DNA from: a bacterium
Lineage (GTDB): Bacteria; Electryoneota; Electryoneia; Electryoneales; Electryoneaceae
Direction of reading: 5' to 3'
DNA: 64,000 bases
NCBI GenBank assembly: GCA_963669175.1
Contig: OY769902.1
Location: forward strand, 3,456,001 to 3,520,000
Below, in pieces: positions 38,995-50,040 of the stretch. A program made the translations under genes and the position numbers. Below the pieces are notes generated by a model. The model did not search any database. It was not told where the DNA came from and saw only the letters and a list, made by a program, of their open reading frames with translations. Each line of letters starts with the position of its first letter. The stretch's first letter is position 1.

Positions 38995-40095
38995 TTATCC
39001 GATTCTCAAGAGGTCATATCGTTTGAAGATCAGGAGTAATCTGTAGGTTATCCACGAACTTGGCTTGCCTTTTTGCTCAATACGGCCCCACATCTTGCCA
39101 TTCAGGCTGTTCTGCATCGTCCACATGCCATCGCTGCCGCGTTGTCTCAGCAGAAGATCCAGCCCTTCATCGATGACGCTATCCCTTTCTGATGAAGCTT
39201 CTGACAACATCAGCATCACTTCCAGCGCATCAGAATTATATCCCAACGGGAAACCGAATTTCAGCCAACCGATCTTGGCTTCCCGTTCTGCATGTCTACC
39301 CTCACTCACCCACTGCATTTTGAGGTCACGCCTTTGCGCAGGCGTCGCTCCTTCTATGGCTTCCTTCCAGGCTTTTCGCTCAATTGGAACGTACTTGCAA
39401 AGCTGATATCGTTTCAGATGGTCGCACAACAGCTTGATCATTGCGCTATCGGCATCCGTTCTTTCTTCTACCGGAATAGCCAGCCACGCTTTTACCACTT
39501 TCGGCGTCGCCATGAAACAGCCCGGCAGCAACGAATGTGACATATACTCACAAGAAAAACCATGTTCGGAATCAAAGAGATGCCGAATCGCGTTAAATCC
39601 GGCACGTGTAATCGGTTGGGAAGCATGCCCGTAACGGCAAAGAGATACCAGGTTTGACGCAATCATGCAAGCAACCGGGCAAGTTCCCCAATAGACACCG
39701 TTACGACACCCTTCAAACCGTTTACCTCGCTGGCCTTTCAGTGTGTTTACCGGTTTTGCGGTTGCAAGCAGATGTTGAATTGCCAGTTTGATGACTGGAT
39801 TATCCTTGGGCAGTCCAAGATCGCCAAGGAATTCCAGCGTCCAATGGGTTCCGGTGTAATGCTTGTCATGCTCGCCCGGCCAGCTTGCCTTCTCGTGGTC
39901 AAATGCCGCCAGCGCATCCAATACAAATGGATGGTAAGAAATGTTTTGACGTGCCGATAAAACATCGGGATCATCTTCGGGATAGTCGAGCAGATCAACC
40001 AGCACCTTTGCCCGCAAGGCAGGATCTGCGGAATCAGCCAGTTTGAAAACCAGCTCTGGTGGCACAGAAAGCAAATAATCCGTAGAGTTTTTCAT
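38995..40095 (-). CDS. Conserved hypothetical protein with probable (alpha/alpha) terpene-cyclase/prenyltransferase-like fold
   Basis: HYTGTHWTL..L.DLG, W.KFGFPLGYNSD.LE, RGSDGMW, EQKGKPSSWITYR motifs. Confidence 0.55.
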   Translation of the reverse strand: MKNSTDYLLSVPPELVFKLADSADPALRAKVLVDLLDYPEDDPDVLSARQNISYHPFVLDALAAFDHEKASWPGEHDKHYTGTHWTLEFLGDLGLPKDNPVIKLAIQHLLATAKPVNTLKGQRGKRFEGCRNGVYWGTCPVACMIASNLVSLCRYGHASQPITRAGFNAIRHLFDSEHGFSCEYMSHSLLPGCFMATPKVVKAWLAIPVEERTDADSAMIKLLCDHLKRYQLCKYVPIERKAWKEAIEGATPAQRRDLKMQWVSEGRHAEREAKIGWLKFGFPLGYNSDALEVMLMLSEASSERDSVIDEGLDLLLRQRGSDGMWTMQNSLNGKMWGRIEQKGKPSSWITYRLLLIFKRYDLLRIG

Positions 40096-40107
40096 AGGGA
40101 TTCAATC

Positions 40108-40725
40108 TCAGCGCGAGTAGGTTCCCATCAGCTCCGCTTTGCCCAGCACTTTTCCTTCCATCGCACTGACCACATCATCCTTCACCAGTCCTGGTTCGAG
40201 GTTGATCGGTTCACTCAATGCGTAGAGATAGAAGAAATAGCGATGTGGTTTCCCCGGCGGTGGACATGGCCCATCATACCCCAATCGCCCTTCAGGCCAT
40301 GAATTTTTACCGTTTTTTGCCGATCCAAGAACGAGACTGTCTTTCGGCATCCCTTCAGCCAATCCAGCCAGATCAGGCGAGAGATCGTACAGCACCCAGT
40401 GTATCCACAAACCGGCAGGCGCATCCGGATCTTCGCAGATCAACACATAACTCTTCGTTCCTTCAGGCGGGTTCTGCCAGCTCAAAGCAGGTGACACATC
40501 TTCCCCATCACAAAAGGTGTACTTGTCGGGAATACGTTCACCGTACTCGAAAGCGTTGGAAAGCAATGTGAAGCTTGTATCCGCCGCATGGACAGGATAG
40601 GGTTTGTAACCATCAAACACTTTCCAGACCACAAGGAAAAGAACAATTGCCAGCACCATGGAGATAAACCCCGGCCCAAGTCCACGCTTGTAGCCACGAG
40701 GCATCTGTTTGAAAAGTGCCGGCAT
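40108..40725 (-). CDS. YbhB/YbcL family (PEBP, Raf kinase inhibitor-like) protein
   Basis: SPALSW, EDPDAP, WIHWV, GYDGPCPP.G.PHRY. Confidence 0.92.
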   Translation of the reverse strand: MPALFKQMPRGYKRGLGPGFISMVLAIVLFLVVWKVFDGYKPYPVHAADTSFTLLSNAFEYGERIPDKYTFCDGEDVSPALSWQNPPEGTKSYVLICEDPDAPAGLWIHWVLYDLSPDLAGLAEGMPKDSLVLGSAKNGKNSWPEGRLGYDGPCPPPGKPHRYFFYLYALSEPINLEPGLVKDDVVSAMEGKVLGKAELMGTYSR

Positions 40726-40734
40726 GCTTGTCCC

Positions 40735-41760
40735 CTACTCGAAGTCTTTGATCAGGTATTGACGGATACGTTTTTTGTCAATCTGTTCCAGCATCCGCTG
40801 GTTCAGTTCCTGGGCAGCGTTGAAGCCATATACGTTCAAATGAACATTCAGCGCAATAACTTCTGCAACCATGGAGATGTTTTTCCCCGGGAAGATCGGC
40901 AGACGGATCAGCGGAATATCCACACCAAGTACAGTCGTGGTCTCATGATCCAGCCCGATTCTTTCCCAGTCCATGGAATCGTCCCAATCCTGCAAACGGA
41001 TTTCCACTTCCACACGTTTCTGCATACGTATCGCACGAATCCCGAACATGCGGCGCACATCCACCAGCCCGACCCCGCGGATTTCAATCAAGTGACGGAT
41101 CATCTCCGGGCTGCTGCCGATCAGAATGCCTTCCGCCTTCTTGACCACATGCACGACATCATCCGCGACCAGGCGATGCCCACGTTCCACCAGGTCCAGT
41201 GCAATTTCCGATTTCCCGATACCACTGCGACCGGTAAAAAGAATCCCGGTGCCGTACACGTCAACCAGCGAACCATGCGCTGATATGTATGGCGCAAAAC
41301 GGTCATCCAGGTAGGATGAGAGTAGATGCGTCAGGTCCGTTGTGGAAAGGTCGGTTCCAAGAATGGGAATCCGGCTCAGATTTGCCTCGTCAATCATTTC
41401 CGGGACAGCGCTGTTCCCGGTTGTCAGAATGATGCAGGGAATCTCTTTTGCCATCAGGCGCGAAAGAGTACTTGAACGGTCTTCACTGGAAAGATGCTCA
41501 AGGTACGCACATTCCGTATTCCCCAGTATCTGGATTCGAGAACTGTCAAAATGTTCGAAATAATTAACCAGGGCGAGCCCTGGTCGGTGAATCTGGCGTC
41601 CCTTGATCTTGCGATCCAGCCATCCCTCACCGGCCAGGACCTTCAATCCCAGTTTTTCCTCTGTTTCCTCAAGCAACTCACGGACCTCGAGAAACTCGAG
41701 AACCATACCGTGCTTTTTCTGTTCTTCCGTTAGTGGAGTACCCATTGGTTCTGTTTGCAA
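40735..41760 (-). CDS. hprK: HPr(Ser) kinase/phosphorylase
   Basis: HRPGLAL, RIQILGNTE, HGSLVDVYG, Walker A GRSGIGKSE, GHRLVADD, EIRGVG. Confidence 0.95.
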   Translation of the reverse strand: MQTEPMGTPLTEEQKKHGMVLEFLEVRELLEETEEKLGLKVLAGEGWLDRKIKGRQIHRPGLALVNYFEHFDSSRIQILGNTECAYLEHLSSEDRSSTLSRLMAKEIPCIILTTGNSAVPEMIDEANLSRIPILGTDLSTTDLTHLLSSYLDDRFAPYISAHGSLVDVYGTGILFTGRSGIGKSEIALDLVERGHRLVADDVVHVVKKAEGILIGSSPEMIRHLIEIRGVGLVDVRRMFGIRAIRMQKRVEVEIRLQDWDDSMDWERIGLDHETTTVLGVDIPLIRLPIFPGKNISMVAEVIALNVHLNVYGFNAAQELNQRMLEQIDKKRIRQYLIKDFE

Positions 41761-41762
41761 GC

Positions 41763-42053
41763 CTACCTTTTGGCCTGCAATTTCTCCTTGTATTTCTTCA
41801 ATTGCAGCTCGAGTTTATCCAGGGCTGCATCCAATGAAATCTCAAACTTGTCAGCGATCTCACTTGCCACCAGGGTCTGCCCATAAACACCCACCTTAAC
41901 CGTCGCTTCCTTTCTGTTCAACTTGCCTTCATAGGTTACCTCAACATCAACGATGCGGTCATAGAATTTTTCCAGCCTCGGTACTGCCTTTTCCGTGTAT
42001 TCCCTGAGTTCGTCGCGAAGGTTAAAATGGCGAGCTTCGATTATAACCTGCAT
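41763..42053 (-). CDS. raiA: Ribosome hibernation factor (short HPF/RaiA)
   Basis: MQVIIEARH...LREY...DAALDKLELQLKKYKEK; GGAGG RBS. Confidence 0.88.
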   Translation of the reverse strand: MQVIIEARHFNLRDELREYTEKAVPRLEKFYDRIVDVEVTYEGKLNRKEATVKVGVYGQTLVASEIADKFEISLDAALDKLELQLKKYKEKLQAKR

Positions 42054-42159
42054 GGTGGCCTCCTGCTTGGTGAAACCTGTAAGGCCCTGTTCATGGCCTT
42101 TTCGTGTGTCACGATGCTTTTTGGTAATGGGTTCCTTGGTTCCTCCTTCCTCGGAAGCG

Positions 42160-43074
42160 TCATCTTCCGGAGGTTTTATCAGCGCGTGGATGTCTGAGTT
42201 GATAGACCTGCTTCAACCGTTCCGCGCTAACGTGAGTGTATATCTGTGTTGTGGACAGCGATGCATGGCCAAGCAGCTCACCAACCGCTGCCAGTTCTGC
42301 ACCGTGATCCAGGAGATGTGTTGCAAACGCATGCCGGAGCGCATGCGGATTCCTGCCCTGTTTTACCCCGACCGTATCAAACATGCGGTAAATGCTATCC
42401 CGTGCAGTCCGTGGATTCAATCGTCCCCCACGTTTACCCAGAAATACCGCATTCCCGCTCTTTCGATCTACCCAGTCATTGCGAACATGCAGCCATTTAT
42501 CCATTGCTCGAATCGCATGACTGCCCAGTGGAATGGTACGCTCCTTCCGTCGCTTACCCATGACACGCACCCAACCACGTTTCAGATCCATCTGGTCAAG
42601 ATCCAGAGTCACGGCCTCGTTTAGGCGCAAGCCGCAACTGTACAGCAACTCGAACAATGCTGCATCCCTGATGTCTTCTGGTTTGTCGGATGAGCGGATG
42701 AGTTCTACAGCACGTGCGATCTTATCTTCGGAAGGCACCTCAGGCAGGTGTTTCTCCAGCTTCGGTCCTTCGAGATTGTCTGCCGGGGATATTTCAAGAA
42801 CATCGTTATCAACGAGGTAGCGAAAGTACCCTTTTATTGCGGAGAGCTGACGTTTGACAGTAGCTCGGCTTGATCCACGTTCGACACGTTCTCCCAGGTA
42901 ACGACGTATCCAGCGCGCCCTGATCTGATCCGGTTCCGGAAGATCACCTCGGACACTTTCCAGGTAGGAAAAAAAGGCGTAAATATCCCGTGAATAGGCT
43001 TTTACGGTATGTTCGGAAAAATTCTGTACTGAGTGGAGATGTTGGAGATAACTCTCAAGCTGCGCACGTAACAC
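42160..43074 (-). CDS. xerC: Tyrosine recombinase XerC
   Basis: S.HTVKAY.RD, ELLYSCGLR, VMGK..KER, PHALRHAFATHLL, LLGHASLSTTQIYTHV; next to topA. Confidence 0.9.
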   Translation of the reverse strand: MLRAQLESYLQHLHSVQNFSEHTVKAYSRDIYAFFSYLESVRGDLPEPDQIRARWIRRYLGERVERGSSRATVKRQLSAIKGYFRYLVDNDVLEISPADNLEGPKLEKHLPEVPSEDKIARAVELIRSSDKPEDIRDAALFELLYSCGLRLNEAVTLDLDQMDLKRGWVRVMGKRRKERTIPLGSHAIRAMDKWLHVRNDWVDRKSGNAVFLGKRGGRLNPRTARDSIYRMFDTVGVKQGRNPHALRHAFATHLLDHGAELAAVGELLGHASLSTTQIYTHVSAERLKQVYQLRHPRADKTSGR

Positions 43075-43203
43075 ATGGTCACGTCCATCCGGATTCTGCC
43101 CCCTGGATGATCGATCGATAGTCCGACCCTCCGCTTAATCAGGCTTTGTTATCTACATGACTCTTCATAGGTAAGGTACGAAAAAACGTGAAGCTTTTCC
43201 GTA

Positions 43204-45627
43204 CTATTCCGATTTTTTTGTCTCCACCTTCTCAGAATACTTACACTTGGGATAGTTGCTGCAAGCGATGAAATCGCCAAATCTTCCCTTGCGCAGCAGG
43301 AGATCGCCATTCTCACAATCCGGGCATTTACGCCCAACCGGTTTGGGCTCCTCTTTCGGCTTTCCCGGTTTCTTGCCAGCGCTTTTCTCAATGTACTTGC
43401 ATTTCGGATAACGATTGCAGGCAACAAAAGTACCATACCGACCCGTGCGTTCTACCAGTTCGCCCTTCTTGCACTGGGGACATTCGCGCCCGGTGGATTT
43501 GGGTTCCGGACGGTTCCCGGCTCCATCCTTCTGCTTTTCGATATACTTGCATTTCGGATAACGGTTACAGGCGACAAAACTGCCGTATCGTCCCTGACGT
43601 TCGACCAGCTCGCCAGTCTTGCATTCAGGACACGGCTTTCCGGTTGACTGCGGTTCTGGCTTCTCCTTGCCGTTCTCCCCGTCAACTTTTTCAATATACT
43701 TGCATTTAGGGAATTGATCGCAGGAGATAAATTTCCCGTATCGTCCCCAACGCTCGATCAGCTCACCGTTGCCGCATTCCGGGCATTTCCGTCCGACTTT
43801 CTCCTGCGTCTTCTTTTTAATCTCAGCACGATTATTCTTGAAACGCTCGATATGTTCCTTGAAGGGATCCCAGAATTTCTTGACAGTGTCAGTCCAGTTC
43901 TGCCCTTCTTCCACCTTATCCAGCGCCTCTTCCATCGTAGCTGTGTATTTGACATTGAATACTTCGTCAAATTCACTGACCAGGATTTTATTGACCGTAC
44001 GGCCAAGTTCAGTCGGTTTCAGCTTCTTCTTTTCACGCTCAACGTATTTACGGTCAAGCAGTGTGCTGATGATCTGGGCATAAGTAGACGGACGTCCGAT
44101 ACTCAATTCATCCAGCGTTTTAACCAGGCTGGATTCGCTGTAGCGCGGCGGTGGCTGGGTGAACTTCTGCTCGCCGTCCACATCCGAAATATCCGCAGCC
44201 ATTCCGGTTTCGGCTTCCTTCCCATTTTCTTTCCCGTTTTTACCACCGAGAGTGAAGAAAATGTCCGGCAGATCGACATCGTTTTCCTCATCCGTACTGT
44301 CTTCCGCTGCAATCTCGCCCCATAGCTGCCTGAACCCCGGGAACAGCAAGCGTTTGCCAGAAGCACGAAGTATATAAGGATGTGACTTCCCGTCAGCAGG
44401 AATTTCACCGAAGGGTTTCGCGCCAAGCTCACCAACGCCGATATCAACGGTTACACTCTCATAGATCGCTTCGGCCATCTGGGTGGCCAGGAAACGATTC
44501 CAGATCAGTTCATACAGTCTGAACTGTTCAGGTTTCAGGAACTTCTTAACCTTGACAGGCTCCCATTCGAGACTGGTCGGACGAATCGCTTCGTGTGCGT
44601 CCTGAACACGGCCTTTCTTGCCAAACTGACGAGCACGCGGACTCAGGAATTTCTTTCCATACTTTTCCTGGATAAACGTGCGCGCCGCCGCAACAGCGGA
44701 ATCCGCCATACGGGTTGAGTCGGTACGCATGTAGGTAATCAGACCAACAGCGCCCGCATCCCCTAACTCAATACCTTCATACAATTGCTGAGCGACACTC
44801 ATGGTGCGTTTGACAGGGAAGTTCAAACGGTGAGAAGCTTCCTGCTGAAGTGTGGATGTAATAAACGGCGGTTTCGGCTTCTGACGGTTTTCACGATCCC
44901 TGATGTCGGCAACAGATGCTGCCAGTTGCTTCAGGTCTTCAAGAACTCCCGCAGCCATTTCGCCATTGTCGATATGAGCGTCCTGACCTGCAATTCGCGC
45001 CAGACGAACCTTAAAAGGCGTCGTTTGCGCCACTTTGGCAAGCGCTGAGATATTCCAGTACTCTTCCGGCGTGAAGGCTTCGATTTCAAGTTCACGCTCT
45101 ACAATGATACGTAAAGCAACGGATTGAACACGTCCCGCCGACAACCCCTTTGCAATCACACGCCAGAGCTGCTCGCTCACCAGGTAGCCGACCAGGCGAT
45201 CCAGCACACGTCTCGCCTGCTGTGCGTCTACACGATTATTATCAATATCACCCGGATTCTGAATTGCCTTGACCACGGCATCCTTGGTGATCTCATTAAA
45301 CATCACACGATGAATCTTGGCATCAGCAGTTTTCAGAATGTGCGCAATGTGCCAGGCAATTGCCTCTCCCTCACGGTCAGGGTCAGTGGCGATGTAGATC
45401 TCTGAGACACCATTGGCAGCCTTTTTCAGATCATCCACAGTCTTCTTTTTCTGCGGAATGATCACATAGTGCGGCTTGAAATTTTTCTCAACATCAACCG
45501 AAAGCTCCTTGCTTGGGAGATCTCGGATGTGCCCCATGGAGGCTTTTATTGCGTAATCATTTCCCAGATACCGGTTCAGCGTTTTCGCTTTAGCCGGCGA
45601 CTCAACTATCACTAGTTTTGAAGCCAT
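43204..45627 (-). CDS. topA: DNA topoisomerase I with four C-terminal zinc ribbons
   Basis: IVESPAKAKT, ATDPDREGEAIAWH, SAGRVQS, ITYMRTDS, QDAHEAIRPT; four CPxC...GRxG.F..C..xPKCKY repeats. Confidence 0.96.
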   Translation of the reverse strand: MASKLVIVESPAKAKTLNRYLGNDYAIKASMGHIRDLPSKELSVDVEKNFKPHYVIIPQKKKTVDDLKKAANGVSEIYIATDPDREGEAIAWHIAHILKTADAKIHRVMFNEITKDAVVKAIQNPGDIDNNRVDAQQARRVLDRLVGYLVSEQLWRVIAKGLSAGRVQSVALRIIVERELEIEAFTPEEYWNISALAKVAQTTPFKVRLARIAGQDAHIDNGEMAAGVLEDLKQLAASVADIRDRENRQKPKPPFITSTLQQEASHRLNFPVKRTMSVAQQLYEGIELGDAGAVGLITYMRTDSTRMADSAVAAARTFIQEKYGKKFLSPRARQFGKKGRVQDAHEAIRPTSLEWEPVKVKKFLKPEQFRLYELIWNRFLATQMAEAIYESVTVDIGVGELGAKPFGEIPADGKSHPYILRASGKRLLFPGFRQLWGEIAAEDSTDEENDVDLPDIFFTLGGKNGKENGKEAETGMAADISDVDGEQKFTQPPPRYSESSLVKTLDELSIGRPSTYAQIISTLLDRKYVEREKKKLKPTELGRTVNKILVSEFDEVFNVKYTATMEEALDKVEEGQNWTDTVKKFWDPFKEHIERFKNNRAEIKKKTQEKVGRKCPECGNGELIERWGRYGKFISCDQFPKCKYIEKVDGENGKEKPEPQSTGKPCPECKTGELVERQGRYGSFVACNRYPKCKYIEKQKDGAGNRPEPKSTGRECPQCKKGELVERTGRYGTFVACNRYPKCKYIEKSAGKKPGKPKEEPKPVGRKCPDCENGDLLLRKGRFGDFIACSNYPKCKYSEKVETKKSE

Positions 45628-45772
45628 GTTTCACCGTAGTCTATCGAAATCACGTTGCAAACGAAAACGCTTCCACCTTTCCGAGGTGTCAGCGTGTCAA
45701 ACAAGCTATCAAAAGAATTTGTCGTGCGAAAGTGGTAAAGGGGTTCATGGGAGTACCCTGCCCCAATAAAAC

Positions 45773-45795
45773 AAAAACCCCGGTAAAACCGGGGT
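45773..45795 (-). terminator. Intrinsic terminator after smg
   Basis: ACCCCGGT/ACCGGGGT stem followed by TTTT on the - strand. Confidence 0.65.
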
Positions 45796-45814
45796 AGACA
45801 GCGTCTGTTTTGTC

Positions 45815-46309
45815 TCAATGAACGGTTGAGGATGGTTGGCTGAACTGCATATCGCCATTAACCGGACCACGTGGCCCCTCTTCGAAAAGATAGGTATGCA
45901 CCAACATACGGATCTCCTCTTCACCCAACTGACTGCCAAACGTCATCGCACGTTCAATAATCCGTTCTGTGTCTTCCAACCCCAGCATGCCGATTGTTTG
46001 CATCTCAAGCAATTGGCCATATGCCGCTGGCTTCAAAATGGCATGTTCTGCCGGATGAAGAACCCTGAAAGACTTGGAACTGGTTGACGCTTCGTAAAGA
46101 CTATCTGCCTGTGAAGCATCATCAAGACGATTGAAAACCCATGTAAAAGCTGCGTTGATTTCTGATTCAGTGTACCCTTGCCCTAAAAGATCCTTACTGA
46201 TCAACTCAACATCATCCAACTCCATTCGGTTTTCACGTATTTCACGGAGCAGGTGCATGACCAACCCCATAACTCGTTGAGGTACAACCCCCTCTTCACC
46301 GAACATCAT
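45815..46309 (-). CDS. smg: Smg / DUF494 family protein
   Basis: L...GYTESEI.AAF.W, SFRVLHPAE, C-terminal VH; located upstream of topA as is common. Confidence 0.82.
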   Translation of the reverse strand: MMFGEEGVVPQRVMGLVMHLLREIRENRMELDDVELISKDLLGQGYTESEINAAFTWVFNRLDDASQADSLYEASTSSKSFRVLHPAEHAILKPAAYGQLLEMQTIGMLGLEDTERIIERAMTFGSQLGEEEIRMLVHTYLFEEGPRGPVNGDMQFSQPSSTVH

Positions 46310-46312
46310 AAC

Positions 46313-49300
46313 TCACCTGCCGTGACAATGTTTGTACTTCTTCCCGCTCCCGCAGGGACAATTATCGTTGCGTCCGACTTTGGGAACGTCCCGCTTCACC
46401 GGTTGGGCTTTCGCCTGCCCGGCCCCAGGGCCACCCTGCCCCGGTTGCATCCCGGCTTCGGCGCCAGATGTCTGCGGAACTCGAGAACGACTCGCCTGTT
46501 GCGCATCATCCTTGATCTCGCGCGCTGCAATCGGTCTGCTCAAAACCGATTGCGCCGGTGTCATCTGGAGCTGTGCTGTAAAGATACCTCGCAGGCTTAT
46601 CTGCGCCACTCTTCCAAGCATCTGCTCAAAAGCGGCCAGACCATCCCTCTTGTATTCTACAAGTGGATCTCGCTGCGCGTATGACCGAAGCCCAATACCC
46701 TCTTTTAACCGGTCCATCTCATAAAGGTGATCCATCCACTCACGGTCAACCACCTTTAATACGCTGAACCGAAGGAGCTTTTCGTACAACTCGTCACCAA
46801 AGGCTTCGCGCCGCTTCTGCAAGCCACGTTCGGCCTTCTCACGAATTGTATCTTCAAGCTGTTCAACGGTGAGAGTCTCTATCTCACTATCGGTAAAATG
46901 TACATCAATCATAAGCGTGCGCAAGAGCGCATCGCGTAAACTTTCCAAATCCCAGCCATGAGGCGTCTCTTTCGCATCAATGAAGTCGTCCAAAGTCACT
47001 GAGATGTACTCATCCAGCAGATTTTCGACTTCCTCGTGGATGTCTCCAGCGAGAGCCGCACGCCTGCGAGCGTAAACGACCTCACGCTGAACATTCATAA
47101 CATCGTCATATTTCAACAGATGCTCGCGAATGGAGAAGTTATGCTGCTCTACTCGTTTCTGAGCTTTCTCGATCGCATTCGTGACCATCGAGTGTGTAAT
47201 AATCTCGCCATCCTCAAGCCCCAGCTTGTCCATGATGCGGCCAATACGTTCGCCACCGAACAACCGCATCAAGTCATCTTCAAGACTCAAATAGAACTGT
47301 GAGAAGCCGGGATCACCCTGACGACCGCTTCGACCACGCAACTGCCTGTCGATACGACGCGCTTCATGGCGCTCCGTGCCAACAATCTGCAAGCCGCCGG
47401 GTTGCTTGTTCGGATCAATGCCATGTTCTTCTTTATGGCGCTCCACAATACTTGGATCAGCTTTCAGACGTTGCGTAATAACACCATCAGGACCATGCGC
47501 ATCCGCCACTTCGCGAGAAATCTTGATATCGGTACCACGACCGGCCATGTTCGTTGCAATCGTAATCGCACCCGGACGACCGGCATTGGTTACAATTTCA
47601 GCTTCACGTTGATGCTGCTTCGCATTCAGTACCTGAACTTTCTCTTTAAGTTTTCTGCCACTTACGGTTCTATTTCCGAGAATACGTGAGATCAACTCAC
47701 TGACTTCAACCGAGGTTGTACCCACCAGAACCGGCAAGCCAAGTTCATGGAGACGAACTATTTCATCGACAATTGCGTTGTATTTTTCCCGCTGCGTCTT
47801 GTAAATCAAATCCTGCGCATCAATACGTGCAATGGGCTTATTGGTCGGAATAACAGCTACTTCAAGTTCATAAATCTGGAAAAATTCATCCTCTTCCGTT
47901 TCTGCGGTACCGGTCATTCCCGAAAGTTTACCATATAACCGGAAATAGTTCTGTAATGTAATGGTGGCAATAGTCTGGGTTTCAGCCTCGACCTTCACCC
48001 CTTCCTTGGCTTCAATCGCCTGGTGCAGGCCATCGGAATATCGACGACCGTACATGATACGGCCGGTAAACTCATCGACAATCTGGACCTTGCCATTCTC
48101 CAGGACGTATTCATCATCCTTCTCGTATAAGGAGTGAGCCCGCAATAGCTGGTTAATCGTGTGGATAATGCTGCTTTTCTGCGCAAGTTCCTGTTCCGCT
48201 TCGACTTTCTTTGCCGACTTATCCGAATCAGAAAGCGAATCATCGTCATCTATATCCACAAACAATTCTGCAAGATCAGGCAACATGAAGAAATTATTAT
48301 CCTTATGGCTGATCTTCGCCAGCTCTTCACGTCCCTTGTCAGTTAAATCGATCGTATGGCCTTTTTCATCAATCACGAAATAAAGGTCATCATCCAGCTC
48401 ATGCAGGCGTTTGTCACGGATATAGGTATTCTCTACCTCTTCAATAAGCTTCTTTCGTCCCGGCTCGTTGATAATCTTCATCAGGCGTTTGTTTTTTGGT
48501 GCAGCTCGCTGCGCCTGGTACAGAAGGATACCGGCATCAAACTCTGTAGCATTGTTCGATTTGCCTGCGTTAATATCATTCAGGATTCCTTCTGCATCGG
48601 CGACCAATGTGCTGACAAAATCACGTTGTCTGCGAACCAGTCTGTCAATATCAGGATTCCACTCGGTAAAATCCCCTTCAGAAGAACGTGGAACCGGTCC
48701 TGCAATAATCAAAGGAGTACGCGCTTCATCAATCAGTACGCTGTCCACTTCGTCTACAATGGCGTAATGATGTCCACGCTGTACCATACTGTCGTCTGTA
48801 ACAGCCATGTTATCGCGCAGATAGTCGAATCCGAACTCGTTGTTTGTACCATAGGTAATGTCCGCCGCATAAGCTACTCGGCGCTCCTCAGGCGTCTGCT
48901 GACCGAGTACAATGCCAACAGACAGACCGAGATACTCATAGATTTGTCCCATCCATTCCGCGTCACGTTGGGCGAGATAATCATTGACTGTAACCAGGTG
49001 GGCGCCTCGTCCCGCAAGCGCGTTGAGGTACATGGGCATGGTGGCAACGAGGGTTTTACCTTCACCTGTTGCCATTTCAGCTATTTTGCCCTCATGCAGC
49101 ATCATGCCGCCGATCAACTGAACATCATAGGGAACCATGTCCCAGGTTTTCTCTTGCCCAACAACATTAAAGGTATGATTACTATCCTTCAGCCTTCGGC
49201 AGGTTTCTTTTACAACAGCAAAAGCTTCGGGCATGACCTCATCGAGAATATTCTGCAGGTGCGCAACTTCGTTCTTGCGCGCCTTCTTTTCACGTTCGGG

Positions 49301-49519
49301 ATCATTATCCTCAACAGTGGCGTACCTGTCAAATCCCGACATATGTTGCGCGATTCGTTGTTTGAATTCATCTGTCTTTCCACGAAGCTCATCATCAGAC
49401 AGATTCTTCAACCCTTCAAAGGCCTGGTTGATTTCATCGACCCTGGGTTGGAGCTTCTTCACCAAACGATCATGTTTGGTACCAAATACCTTCTTCAACC
49501 AATTCACTGTAAAATCCAA
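46313..49519 (-). CDS. secA: Preprotein translocase ATPase SecA
   Basis: [58 protein letters not shown] motif [14 protein letters not shown]; TTG start. Confidence 0.97.
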   Translation of the reverse strand: MDFTVNWLKKVFGTKHDRLVKKLQPRVDEINQAFEGLKNLSDDELRGKTDEFKQRIAQHMSGFDRYATVEDNDPEREKKARKNEVAHLQNILDEVMPEAFAVVKETCRRLKDSNHTFNVVGQEKTWDMVPYDVQLIGGMMLHEGKIAEMATGEGKTLVATMPMYLNALAGRGAHLVTVNDYLAQRDAEWMGQIYEYLGLSVGIVLGQQTPEERRVAYAADITYGTNNEFGFDYLRDNMAVTDDSMVQRGHHYAIVDEVDSVLIDEARTPLIIAGPVPRSSEGDFTEWNPDIDRLVRRQRDFVSTLVADAEGILNDINAGKSNNATEFDAGILLYQAQRAAPKNKRLMKIINEPGRKKLIEEVENTYIRDKRLHELDDDLYFVIDEKGHTIDLTDKGREELAKISHKDNNFFMLPDLAELFVDIDDDDSLSDSDKSAKKVEAEQELAQKSSIIHTINQLLRAHSLYEKDDEYVLENGKVQIVDEFTGRIMYGRRYSDGLHQAIEAKEGVKVEAETQTIATITLQNYFRLYGKLSGMTGTAETEEDEFFQIYELEVAVIPTNKPIARIDAQDLIYKTQREKYNAIVDEIVRLHELGLPVLVGTTSVEVSELISRILGNRTVSGRKLKEKVQVLNAKQHQREAEIVTNAGRPGAITIATNMAGRGTDIKISREVADAHGPDGVITQRLKADPSIVERHKEEHGIDPNKQPGGLQIVGTERHEARRIDRQLRGRSGRQGDPGFSQFYLSLEDDLMRLFGGERIGRIMDKLGLEDGEIITHSMVTNAIEKAQKRVEQHNFSIREHLLKYDDVMNVQREVVYARRRAALAGDIHEEVENLLDEYISVTLDDFIDAKETPHGWDLESLRDALLRTLMIDVHFTDSEIETLTVEQLEDTIREKAERGLQKRREAFGDELYEKLLRFSVLKVVDREWMDHLYEMDRLKEGIGLRSYAQRDPLVEYKRDGLAAFEQMLGRVAQISLRGIFTAQLQMTPAQSVLSRPIAAREIKDDAQQASRSRVPQTSGAEAGMQPGQGGPGAGQAKAQPVKRDVPKVGRNDNCPCGSGKKYKHCHGR

Positions 49520-50040
49520 AGTTAGTTAAAAACAGACTCGACAGGAAGCGAGCAATTTTAAAGGTACTCAGGCGTATTACTCACGTCAAGCTTTTCAGTT
49601 CCTGTTTCCGTATCCTTCTTTTAATTTTCTATACCTCTTTTTGCACCAGAAACAATGCGAGCTAGATCGATATTGCCATAATCTCACAACGTGTTGTCCG
49701 GGAAATTCAGTTGAGAAGGGGTATTGCTGAAGTCGATATCATTACATCACTGAATATTGGCACAAAATAACACCAGCCAGTCAGCGACAATGATGCGTGC
49801 AGTGGTATCACAGGCCGAAGTGTTAGGTTCGTTTTTGCGAAAACCCACTCAATGAAAGCAGAAAAATTGCAGAATCCATTGAATAGTGGACTGCGGGATC
49901 AAGATGCAAGTTATTGAAATGGTTAGAACATTGTTAGAAGAAAAGGAACTCGTCCCTATTTCTTCTCGGTGAGTAGATTACTATATTTCGAACTTACGAT
50001 GCAGGCAGCTTTCATACTCTAGCACAGGCGCGCTTGATCT

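Noticed and set aside
42054-42210. Frameshift fusion of xerC and raiA (raiA frame is open for about 53 codons upstream)
   Set aside because: xerC ends normally after HPRA, raiA has its own GGAGG RBS, and no slippery site is evident.
42160-43074. Prophage or island integrase
   Set aside because: Sequence and context (topA-xerC-raiA-hprK) fit chromosomal XerC; no att repeats or phage genes seen.
48356-49525. Long antisense ORFs (e.g. 48356-49525, 1791-2723, 50379-51110, 41995-42624)
   Set aside because: They are shadows of well-supported genes on the opposite strand with no family motifs.
49520-50040. ncRNA or small gene in the secA-pgsB divergent intergenic region
   Set aside because: No recognisable RNA motif, strong structure or convincing ORF; probably promoters only.
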